Below the pieces are notes generated by a model. It did not search any database, was not told the origin of the DNA, and saw only the letters and a program-made list of their open reading frames with translations. Both the position numbers and the translations under genes were made by a program. Positions 48,466 through 59,182 of a DNA stretch of 64,000 nt are shown piece after piece. The DNA is taken from NCBI GenBank assembly GCA_010093815.1, contig ML996572.1; one strand, given 5' to 3'. The first letter of the stretch is position 1. Each line of letters opens with the position of its first letter. This stretch comes from Pseudovirgaria hyperparasitica. Taxonomy: Eukaryota.

Positions 48466-49165
48466 GGTTGGTCGGGCGAGATCAGAATACCGTTGGGAGA
48501 AAGCAGTGTTGGATGTATATCGTGTTTGCTTGGGACGGATATTCTAAACGGCTATATATGCTAATGAGGAGTACGAGGCGTATAGAGTGCTGACAATGTC
48601 CAGCGAAGAGGATTCGACAGCAAAGAGATCTATATGGTGGAATACACGATCTATCAGGCTCATGTGTATTATGCAGAAGTCAGAATGATCCACACAACCA
48701 GAACATGTCAGATTAATATAGACACTAATTATCTAGGTGCCCGCCTGGTCTGCTGCGGGTCTTTTCTGGTCTGACCAAACTCACACTATTATTACCCCGA
48801 GACCGATGGCAGACATGTCACTAAGCGACGGCCCTTTGGCGGTTTTATCCAGTATCCCTCCAGACGTGACACTAGTCAGTTGCGATGGTGGGTGAGACGA
48901 TGTGTATCATTCGCCGAGCTGTGGGTCTTCTCAAGACATTCGGACCTGTACGACATACGAATGATCAAGGAGTCCCCAGTATGAACTTTTGAACATCAGA
49001 TACGTGTGGAGATGCAGTTGCTGCCGTCGTACACCATCCACGCAAAACAGTGACTAACAATTGGCATGTGTGGCATCAATGAACGTTCACTTCGCGATAA
49101 ACAGACGTGTCGCAATTGAACGCAGACGCCGCGAGAAGCAGTCATCGCCGTCGCCAGGTAATTTC

Positions 49166-49174
49166 TCCACCAAT
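49166..49174 (+). promoter_or_regulatory. GARE (galacturonic-acid responsive element, TCCNCCAAT; GaaR site) in the gaaC/gaaA bidirectional promoter
   Basis: Exact TCCACCAAT. Additional CCGCCAA cores at 49313-49319 (+) and 48836-48842 (-). Confidence 0.8.
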
Positions 49175-49593
49175 GGTTTCAGGTGAGCAGACCTCTCTTA
49201 GGCAGATTCAGGAGGTGTTTACTAGTGCGCGCGGCTATCAACATTCACTACAGTTGAGGCGGGGGAGAGGCCGCGGCTTGAGCGGCATTTGCTGCCCCTC
49301 GTCTCATCTGCCCCGCCAAAGCCCGCCGCCTCAAGCATGTAACGCTCAAACGGCGGAAGATCTTCCGGGTGAATAGATGGGGCATTGTGACGCCCCCGTA
49401 GCTGAACTGCTGCTGCTGTACGACTCCATCTACCTGATTTCTCCCCTCGCGCGACTCGCTGTGTCGTTCACCATGTCTTCTCATCTCCAGCTTCTTCAGC
49501 TTCACTTGGCTGACAGTGATACTGACAGAGATCCAGTGTCTGATTGACGGACGCACTTACCAAAGTTCTCGTATCGACTGTAATTGATTCAAT

Positions 49594-50987
49594 ATGGCGC
49601 CACTCGATGTTCTAATGGTGAGTAAACAATACTAGTGTTGTCAGCGTTGGCGTGGATTACTCATTTCGGTGCTGTAGGTTGGCTCAGGAGAGTACACTAC
49701 TGGCTTCGTCGGTGGTGGTGCTTCTCAGTCAGACAAGAAAGTCGGTGTTGTGGCTCTGACCCTGTTCGACCTCAGGAGGCGCGGCAAGGTCGGTAACTTG
49801 TCCATGGTAGGAGCTTCAGGAGGGAAGTTTCCGGCCATTCGTGAGTCACGTTGCGCCTGATGATGCATAGTATTGTACTGACTGAGACAGGCGAACATCT
49901 CCAAAAGAACATCTCCGATGTCTACAATGGACTCGATGTGTCCTTCGAGTCTTACCCAAAAGGCGATGTCCGTGATGGTGAAGCATACAAGACAGCAATA
50001 GACGCTCTTCCAAAGGGCAGCGCCATCACCGTCTTTACCCCCGACCCCACACATTTTCCAATCGCAATGTACGCAATTGAGCGTGGCCACCATGTTCTAC
50101 TCACGAAGCCGGCAGTGAAAGACTTGGCAGAACATCAGAAGTTGATCGAAGCCTCTCGGAAACACAATGTGTTTGTCTATGTGGAGCACCACAAACGGTA
50201 CGACCCGGCGTATGCGGATGCACGGTACAAAGCGAAGAGCATGGGCGACTTCAACTACTTCTACAGCTATATGAGTCAGCCCAAGAATCAATTGGAGACG
50301 TTCAAGGCCTGGGCAGGGAAGGACAGCGACATCTCGTACTACCTCAATTCGCATCACATTGATATCAACGAGAGCATGGTCCCCGACTATAAACCAGTCA
50401 AGGTGATTGCGAGTGGCTCCAAAGGCATTGCCACAGACCTCGGCATCGAGACGGAAGATACCATCACGTTACTGGTCAACTGGGTCAAGAAATCAGACCC
50501 AAGCAAGATTGCCACAGGTGTATATACGGCGAGCTGGACAGCACCGCTGAAAGCTGGTGTGCATTCAAACCAATACTTCCACTACATGGCGAGTAAAGGC
50601 GAGATCCGCACAAACCAGGCAAAACGGGCATACGATGTCACAATGGACGACTCTGGTCTCGCATGGTACAATCCGTAAGTTACTTGGAAATGTGAGCATG
50701 TATCCAGTACTGACAGAGATAGGTTCTACATGAGATATGCACCCGATGAGGAAGGGAATTTCAACGGCCAAGGAGGATATGGCTATGTGTCATTCGAAAA
50801 GTTCATAGATGGCGTTACCGCGTTGAAAGAGGGACGAGCGACACTTGATGACCTTGATAAACGCGGTCTACCAACACTCAAAAACACGATTGCAACAGGA
50901 GCTATTCTTCACGCTGGACGGATATCGCTTGACGAGAACAGAACTGTGGAGATTGTCCAGGAAGGGGATCAATGGAGTCTGAAATGA
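49594..50987 (+). CDS. gaaA: D-galacturonate reductase (Gfo/Idh/MocA fold), 4 exons
   Basis: [111 protein letters not shown]. Confidence 0.93.
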
Positions 50988-51466
50988 GTTCGCATGACTA
51001 AGGCTCAACGTAAGCTTCCATATAACTTGCAATTTACTTGGTTATCGCCATCGAGCGAGACAGGAGTAGTTTGAGTTGCGACGACCTGTCATATCATCTT
51101 TCCGCCGCCTGTCCACTGTGGCGTGCATACGTGATGGATGTGTTGACTGACCTTGTTTACGGAAGCAGTCGTTCCGAGCCGGGTAAGGTTTCTCCAGGGC
51201 TAGGCGAGTTAGCGGGCAAGCCAGGAACAGGAACCCGCGGCTGATGACGAGATGTACGCCGGCACTTTTCCCCCACACAAACCTCCCTATATGTAAGTAA
51301 CAGAATAAACAGGGATCTTGCTGTCAGTGTTTTGCGCACCCTTCTTCTTCCCCAACATCCCCTGTTGTACTCCCCTTCAGCGGCTCAGCATTCTTCATTC
51401 GAGACCCAGTGTGGCGCGACTCTTGGTCTTTCTCCACGACTTGTGTCTAGGACGCCTTGTACCATC

Positions 51467-52342
51467 ATGGTCTCGACGCGCAACCACCCGCGCCAATTCC
51501 CGCCTCCCGAACTCGCGACGCCCTCCAAATCCTCTCCGACTAAAAGTCCCTCGAAGTCTTCTTCGCCGTCGGACAACGTCGTCGTACGTCGCAGTGCTTC
51601 CAAAACTACAGGATGGTCGCACACTCCCTCGACTCTTACGTTGGTCTGGCTGGCTATCTCTCTGCCACTTGTCTCATGGGACACAGGATATCTACTCATG
51701 CGCCCACACACGATGCCGGGCGGAAAATTTCATTGGCCGGTTTGGGCGCCGTATAAGCTGTACGGCACCGTCGACCGTCTATATGGCTTCCCGGGCTGGC
51801 AATCCAACAACGGCTTTGTGGGCGCACAGGCATTCATGAACCTGCTTGAGACTGCCGCATACCTTGTGTACTTGTATATTGTCTATACTGCTGGTGTGTC
51901 GTCTCATGTCCAAGGGACTGGAGCGCCAGATAAGAGCATCGTTGGAAGATTGGCTGAGGCGCGTGTTTTGACCGGGCGCGCTGCGGCTATTGCTGTCACG
52001 ATTGGCTTTGGAGCATCCGTTGCAACAGTCGCGAAGACTCTCTTGTATGGTGAGTGACTGACGAGTATCACGACTTGGCGTGCTGCATGGCTAAACCTGA
52101 TTTAGTTCTGAACGACGCGTTCAGCGGGTTCTCTTGGACAGGCCACAACGATTTGTTCACGCTGCTTACCATATACATCATTCCCAAGTTAGTGATTCTG
52201 GTTTTTCATTGTGTATCTAAACTAACCACGTGTTAGCGGTCAATGGCTCATCTTTCCCGTATACATGACCTACGTGTTCGCGTCAGAGCTACTTGATGGG
52301 CTTGAGGCTGCCTCGACTGGTGCTCTCAAGAAGGCTCAATAG
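51467..52342 (+). CDS. Membrane protein, EXPERA/emopamil-binding-like fungal family, 3 exons
   Basis: MVSTRNHP start; WSHTPS..LVWLAISLPLVSWDTGY..RPHTMPGG..WAPYKLYGTVD..GFVGAQAFMNLLE; KTLLY|..FSGF..YIIPN|GQWLIFP. Confidence 0.82.
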
Positions 52343-52754
52343 ATATACTCCCAATTTCGTTGACATATGGATGTATATGTAAAGCTGGCGGGTCACTGAC
52401 GAGGCACGTGGCTATCATTGAGATGAATGCATGCGTATTGTACGATGTACCAGGGAAACAAGCTGATATGTACATGATCTGGAAAATATATACCCCTTCT
52501 CTGGCCTGAACTGGCTTTAACGTTTGCGGTAAGCAGAGACGAGTTGGAGGGCGGACGGTATGCTTATATCAATTATTGTTCGTTTCTCCGCTGTGTATAC
52601 ACCGAGAGTGCGTATTATTTATCACGCCTCCATCAAACTCACGTGACTAGCCTTGACCTGCGATAACTTTGTCAAAATTGGTCTAACCAAGTAAAGATTT
52701 CCACCGCTTAGATCTCGATTCTGGGCACGGTACTATGTTCCATCGGGAGAACAG

Positions 52755-54293
52755 ATGAGGGTGTTCTGCTTCTCATGCTCGGCAAAGCTGCAAACATTGT
52801 CCAATGTGAGGAGCCATCCTTGCCAAGTGTACGAGTGCTGTCATGACGGCGGTCGCAATCAGAGCTTTACTTCGAAGACACAACTATGGGAACATATACT
52901 CGTGTGCAGCGAAAACCCAAGCGCCCTGAACAAGATACATTCCGAACATGAGTGGATCAAAAGCATAAAATCTAGATCAGCGAATGCTGAGCACGAACCT
53001 CCACAGGATGAACACGCGAAAATTCAGCCTTTACACGATAAATCTGGGGTTGTGCTTCAGCGAAGGGATCATGAGCCAGATAAACCTCACTCTGGGCGAA
53101 ACTCGAAATGGTTGTGTGTAGACGACAGCGAAGAAGCTCCGCGTAGGCTACTTGCAACGCTTGAATCCCACATCCACAGCGAGACAACTCTCAAAAACCA
53201 TGGTTTTAAGCTGCATGTACCACCAAACCAGTCGAAATATTGGATGGATTCTGCGAATCTGGAGCCCAGTTCATCAAAGCGCGCGGCTGTGGTGCTCGAC
53301 TGTGAATTCGCTCATAAAGATAACTCGCGGCATGTTGCACGTATTGCAGCCGTCGATGCACTCACGGCTGAGACACTCTTTGACTTCCTGGTTCACCCCG
53401 AGGATATTGATGGATACTGGGAGCAAGAATATGCAAAGTGGAAACGCTCAGATATGGATCCAGCCGTCGCTACTGGCGTAGTCCTGGACGGCGTGTACGG
53501 AGCGCTTCTGGCACTGACAGATTTCATTGACTCCAATACTATTATTCTGGGACACTCTGTGCATCATGATCTCAATGCCTTGCGGCTTGTGCATCGCAGG
53601 GTTGTTGACTCCCAGATCTTGATATCGGAACGAATAACGCAATGGAACAACAGGATTCGCTCGGTCGGTATAGGACTTCAGGTATTGTGTAAAAACCTGA
53701 TCGGTATTAAAGTGCAAGTCGGGTCTGAGTCTCATCATTCGCCCGTGGAAGACTCACTTGCTGCTCGAGAAGCTATCTTGGCACTCCTCTTCAAGCCAGA
53801 GTATCTAGAGAGATGGAGGGTCAAGATTCAGCGGGATGAGGCTAAACAGGAAGTCATGCGTAAGAAATTCGGGGGTTCCGCGAGGGTTGGATTCAAACAC
53901 ATGGATTCGAGGAGCAAAAAGAATACCGGCTTCGAGGCGTCTCTTCCGGCGAAGAAACAGCAGAAATCTGCTGGCTCCTCCCAGACGAAGAATCAAGTCA
54001 AGCAAAACAGTCAGGTCACACAGAAGGAACGAGTAAAACAAGAAGGTCCCAAAACACGAAAAGGACGTCCCAAACAACAGGGTTTAGGAAGACACAAGGG
54101 CGAGGTCCAGGTGAAAGGCCAGCCGAACAAGGCAACAGGACAGCCGAACGTACACATGTCGAAGGATGAGAGGCATGCGGCGAAGAAAGCTGCAAAACTG
54201 GAAGTGAATCTTGAGAACCGTCGACTGAGGAAGCTGGCTCGCGAGAAGAAACGTGAAGCCATGAAGGAGAAGAATCAAAGGGTTGCAATCTAG
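52755..54293 (+). CDS. DEDDh 3'-5' RNA exonuclease (REX/RNase T-like) with basic C-terminal tail
   Basis: ExoI AVVLDCE, ExoII ILGHSVHHDLNALRL..VVDS, ExoIII HSPVEDSLAARE; Cys/His-rich N-terminus. Start codon uncertain. Confidence 0.85.
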   Translation: MRVFCFSCSAKLQTLSNVRSHPCQVYECCHDGGRNQSFTSKTQLWEHILVCSENPSALNKIHSEHEWIKSIKSRSANAEHEPPQDEHAKIQPLHDKSGVVLQRRDHEPDKPHSGRNSKWLCVDDSEEAPRRLLATLESHIHSETTLKNHGFKLHVPPNQSKYWMDSANLEPSSSKRAAVVLDCEFAHKDNSRHVARIAAVDALTAETLFDFLVHPEDIDGYWEQEYAKWKRSDMDPAVATGVVLDGVYGALLALTDFIDSNTIILGHSVHHDLNALRLVHRRVVDSQILISERITQWNNRIRSVGIGLQVLCKNLIGIKVQVGSESHHSPVEDSLAAREAILALLFKPEYLERWRVKIQRDEAKQEVMRKKFGGSARVGFKHMDSRSKKNTGFEASLPAKKQQKSAGSSQTKNQVKQNSQVTQKERVKQEGPKTRKGRPKQQGLGRHKGEVQVKGQPNKATGQPNVHMSKDERHAAKKAAKLEVNLENRRLRKLAREKKREAMKEKNQRVAI

Positions 54294-54902
54294 CGAACGG
54301 ATCCATGAGCGAACAAATCCACGAGCGAACTTCCAAAGTTGACTCTCGTTATTAATACTGCGCCAATTTCGTCGTCCCAATACCTCATGCCAAGTCCGTT
54401 CCGTAAGGCTGAAGAACACCACCAACTAGTCGTTTCGCCCATCACTACCATTTTCCAAAACAAATACGATTGTCTAAACCAGAATAAGCAGCTAAGGGAT
54501 CGAAGGAATGTATCTTGAGCACGCTTTGCCATGCGGCGTCCCTGCATTGAGTACCGTGATAAATGCCAAGTTCGGTTGGCACGCTTGGCTTAGTCAAGAA
54601 CTGGTATTGTGTCACGTCTTCGCGGCCTGTCCGGGCCAATGCGCGTGTTATGAGGGAATTCGCGAGTGTTGGATGTACTGAGCATGCGGAGGCTTGTTCG
54701 CCATCCAGAATGTTTCAGCGCCATGGCAATGCTTGGGTGGCACGGATGTAACGTTTATAAATGGAAGCGTAGTGCCATTCTCGAGGTCATAACCTCGACC
54801 ATTAAATATCCTGACCATTCCGCGCGAGCTACATCTCTTCCTCTCTCACACTCGCTCTCGCTCTCACACTCGCTCGTGAATATATCCTCCAGCATACTCA
54901 AA

Positions 54903-55594
54903 ATGAAGTTTCTCGCCATCACCCTCGCGGCCGTCCTCCCTGCCGTGCTCGCCCAGAACATGACCGATATACCTCCTGCAACCGGCGTCTCTGCTGCCCC
55001 CTCTCAGGTCACCGGTATGTTCATTGCCTACATACTAGCATCCACTCGATCCTAACCAGACTTCCAGACCCTACCACCCTCTGCCACGCCCACGGAGACC
55101 ACTGGCACTGCCCCTCGGGCGTGCCTGAGCCAACCACTCCTCCAGGTACGCATGCCCGGCTCGAATTACGCCATCACGGCGGCAATCATGATGAGCCTCA
55201 CCATGACGGTACCGCCATTCCTCCCCCCTTCCCCGTAGATCCCATCGAACCGATCTTCCCCATCCTCCCAAAACTCATCTCAAACCCACGCCTCCTTCTC
55301 TCACCAAGCAATCACTAATCATCTGCATCGTCTATAGCCCCCGAGACCGATGACCACGATGACCACGACCACACCGCCACCGGCAGCGAGGACCCTGGCC
55401 CAAGCCCAACCGAGAGCGTAGGCTGCGAGCCGCACGGCGACCACTGGCACTGTGACGGTCCACGCTCCACCGGAGCTGTCGCGACGCCAACCACTGGTGA
55501 GAGTGCGCCCGCGAGCACGGCTGCTGGTGCCACGATGGGTGTGTACGGCGGCTTGGTCGCTGGTGCTCTTGCGGCTGGTGCGTTTGTCTTGTAG
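54903..55594 (+). CDS. Small secreted, probably GPI-anchored His/Cys-rich protein with two CxxHGDHWHC motifs, 3 exons
   Basis: Signal MKFLAITLAAVLPAVLA; introns 55015-55067 and 55146-55337; CHAHGDHWHC, DDHDDHDH, CEPHGDHWHC; S/T/A-rich stalk; hydrophobic C-terminus GLVAGALAAGAFVL*. Confidence 0.85.
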
Positions 55595-55992
55595 ACGAGA
55601 GAAAGGGGAACGGGGAGCTCCGTGTGGACTCCTGGGATGACTGTTGATGTGGATGTGGTTAGCATGTGGAGGGTAAAAGACCTCGTGGTCGTAGATGTGC
55701 TGGCTTGTATAATAGGTGGTGTAGATTGTCCCTAGGCACGAATCGAATGGATGTGTGTCTTGCTCGAACTGTGCTCGTTGTGCAATGCGGAGTAGAACTG
55801 GAAGTCGTCGATAACGCTGCGAGTTTGGCGTGGATGGCGATCTATGTCTGATATCAACTTGAATTCTAGCACATCCACGCGCCAAAATTATGGACTCTAG
55901 CACGATTACTCTCCATTCGCACCTCCTCCCCAATCCTCTCCACCTCGCACTTCCTCCCCTGCTACCCCCCCTTTCTCACAAGCCTATAAGCC

Positions 55993-57154
55993 TCATTTCG
56001 TCTTCAAATGCTCTCCCCCAAGCACTACCTCATCCCTCTCCCAAATCAAACACAAAACCGCACTCATCGGCCCCAAAAACACCGACCTCACAACCATATC
56101 AATCCACACACTGCCGGAACTAAACGCGCTACTACGCAGATTCACATTCCGCGTCGTCGCAACCGCCCACACAACATGCGCCAGCGCACCAACCGCATGG
56201 TCCCATTTCAACAACCGCAGCGCGCCCTCCGCCACAGACACAACGCGCGGCGCATGCAGAACCGGGAGAAACACGTTCGATGGCGCTAGAGTTGCCGCAC
56301 TCGCTTCATTGAAAAGCGAGGGCACGAGCGCAGATGTCACGCTCAGCCCAACGGTGTAGACATGCGCGATGGAGGATACCAGCAACGCAAAGGCGTACGC
56401 ACGGCGCAGAGACGGCAGTTGAGCGGCCGGCGATGCGTTCTTGGGGCCAGCGAAACAGGGCGCGAGGACATAGGACGACAGCGTGACAAAGACGGGGAAG
56501 ACCTGCCATGCTAGCACGGCGGCGATTTTGGAGTCGAGGGAGAGCAGGCTGGGGTACGGGAGGAGCATGATTGCGCTTGGGACGACGAAGCCGAGGGTGA
56601 GGGCGTAGGGGAGGGCTTTGAGCTGCTTGAGGTTTGGGTGCGAGAGCGAGGTTGGGGTTGGGGAGGAGGGGATTGTGGAGGAGAAGAGGTTGATGAGGAG
56701 GAATAGGGGGGAAACGACTGCGAAGCCGAGTGTCTGGACGAGGAGGCCGTAGATGGTCGTGCTGATGTTGTGAGTCTGGTGATTTTCTGGGGAACGAAAC
56801 TAAAGGTTAGACGTACTATGACCCTGCGCCTCCTCGGACGCCGTTTCGGTTTGCTTCGAGGAGTATCACCGTCCATCCGGACATGACAGCACCCGCGAAC
56901 GGGATGCCGCAGAGGAGGAGATCAGCCTGTTCCGCGTTTGCAAACGGCCAGAAGAAGCCCAGTAGCGGTGCTACGAGGCGGAATTCGTAGTCCTGGAGCC
57001 ATTGAGGCCATGCCGTGACACCGTCGGTCAACAGGTGTCTCTCGCCGACCGATTTGATCATCTCGTACATGCCGTTCTGGCTGGAGAGGGCGTGGAGCGT
57101 GTACGCGCCAATGCCGGCCAAGGCGACAAGTGAAGCTTTGTAAAGGGCAGCCAT
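55993..57154 (-). CDS. Multi-TM membrane protein resembling the CtvD/AurD/PaxA-type family, 2 exons
   Basis: LLGFFWP, GWTVILLEANRNG, QTLGFAVVSPL, AWQVFPVF, LRRAYAFA, LLKWD, GPMSAVLCLIWERDE. Intron near 56815-56762. Family assignment is from motif memory. Confidence 0.7.
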
Positions 57155-57805
57155 CGCTGTCAATGCTTCAGACGGATACTACGGTGGGATGTGAGATGGA
57201 TTTGAGTATGGATTTGATGATATGGAGACTGAAGACAAGTAATTGACCAGATTATAGAACGAATTGTAACTTTGGTTTGATCCAGGCGGGGGCGGCATGG
57301 TGGTGGGCCGTGGCACGATCATGCTGCCCTCGGTCAGCCCACGGCTATTCAACTTTTGAGACAACAGGGATATTCTGCGGCATCCTTCATCTTGGCATAT
57401 GATACAGTATGTCTCGACGTCGTGTAATAAGTCCGAGATGGATCTGGACTGTAAGCGGCTAGCGTTTCGGTACTTTGGCCGGGTCGCAGACCTTGTTGTT
57501 GATGTATAGGATTGAGTCTGAGATACTCGAGGCCTTCTGGTCTGCTTTCCATTGCAACTATTATCACTAAACATGCGAGATACAAAGTATTTGATGACAG
57601 CTTGTGATAGTGATATGGAGGCTGGTTGCCTGATATAGACTAGCGCATACAGGTCCAAGTAGTAGTGGAAAGTGTGACTGCAGCCTCCAGCTTTCCAGTC
57701 ATTGTTGTTCGACTCTCGACTCATCGCTGCCATGCAGAACCCTTTCAGTCGCTCCGCCTCGTCTTTTGAGAGCGCCAAAAATATGAAGACTACAATGGCA
57801 ACACC

Positions 57806-59182
57806 ATGACATCCTACCCCAGCACCCGGCCGGTCTATCGCAAGACGAGGTTCGTCTGCATCTCCGACACCCACAATCAAACACCGAAGCTACCAGCCGG
57901 AGATGTCTTGATTCACGCGGGAGACCTCACAAATCAGGGGAGTCTATCTGAGCTCCAAAAGACAGTCGCGTGGCTGGAAAAGGCAAACTTCGAAGCCAAG
58001 ATCGTGGTAGCTGGTACAGAGAGTTCCACAATGGAAGATGATAATGATGCCTGACTCCAACCAACAGGGAACCACGATATCACCTTAGATTCCCCCTTCT
58101 ACCAAGAGCACGGCGCCTATTTCCACAACCAACAGCCCCAAGACCCGCTAGCATGCCAGGAGCTGCTCAAGTCTTCGCCTACCATTACTTATCTCCAACA
58201 TGAAACCCGCGATATATACCTGAGTAGCCCTACCGGTCCCCAAACTGTCTTCACTGTCTTTGGCAGCCCATACTCCCCGGCGCAAGGGAGCTGGGGATTC
58301 CAGTACAATAAAGATAGGGCAGCCACAATCTGGGATGCCATCCCACTCAATGCCAGTGTCGTAGTGACTCACGCGCCACCCTTTGGCCACTGTGACTATT
58401 CTGCCGGGGGACGCTCAAAGGGCTGCGAGGCATTGCGCAAAGCACTATGGCGCGTCCGGCCCATGCTGTCTGTATGCGGCCATACACACGAAGGCCGAGG
58501 CATCGAACGCGTGACTTGGAAGATGGACCTACCTCTCTGTCCATACCTCGAGGACGGATACACATTCTGGGATGATCCAGGCGCCGGCACCAACAAGCTC
58601 AGCTACATCGACCTGACGGAGAAGGGAGGCAAGAAGCTGGACAATTACTATGAGTCAAAGCATCAGAGGCAATTGACTCCCAACCGGGTCTCCTTTTCGC
58701 CACCGCCAGAGGGCGCGTCGTTGCCATCTCCAACGAAGCACTCGATGCACAGCCACAAGACAGCCCTGGGACGAGCACGGTGCCGCTCGAATCCGAACAG
58801 GAAGAAGTCATCGTCGCGGTCTCGTTCACGCAGTCGATCTCGGAGACGCGCTGTACCTGGAAAGGACGCTAGAACGAGGGATATTACCGCCACCGACGTG
58901 AACACGGATAGCAAGCCTGCAACAGAAGCTCGAGGTCGACAGCCATCGAACGAGGTCTCAGCGCTCGAAGAATGGTATTCGCGTCTCGATGGACTCAACA
59001 TATCCGCAATGGCAGGCAGAGAGGGCAAGAAGGAGACATGTATCATCAACGCGGCCATCTGTGGTACAAGCTGGGGCCAGGGGCCGAGAAAGTTCAACAA
59101 GCCGATTGTTGTCGACCTCGACCTCCCGGTCTGGGACGGTGCGCCCACGCTGAATTCGAATCTATCTACTGCACCGCCCTGA
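57806..59182 (+). CDS. Calcineurin-like metallophosphoesterase (MPPED/239FB-like), 2 exons
   Basis: FVCISDTHN, LIHAGDLT, VAG|NHD, FGSPYSP, VTHAPPFG, GCEALRKALWRVRP, VCGHTHEGRG, ETCIINAA, KPIVVDLDLP. Intron about 58014-58067. Confidence 0.92.

Noticed and set aside
54292..54330. Three AGCGAAC-containing 16-bp repeats at the exonuclease stop
   Set aside because: Short degenerate local duplication with no evident function.
57179..57880. 233-aa minus-strand ORF
   Set aside because: Non-ATG start, no motifs, spans the divergent promoter and overlaps the phosphoesterase start; probably spurious.
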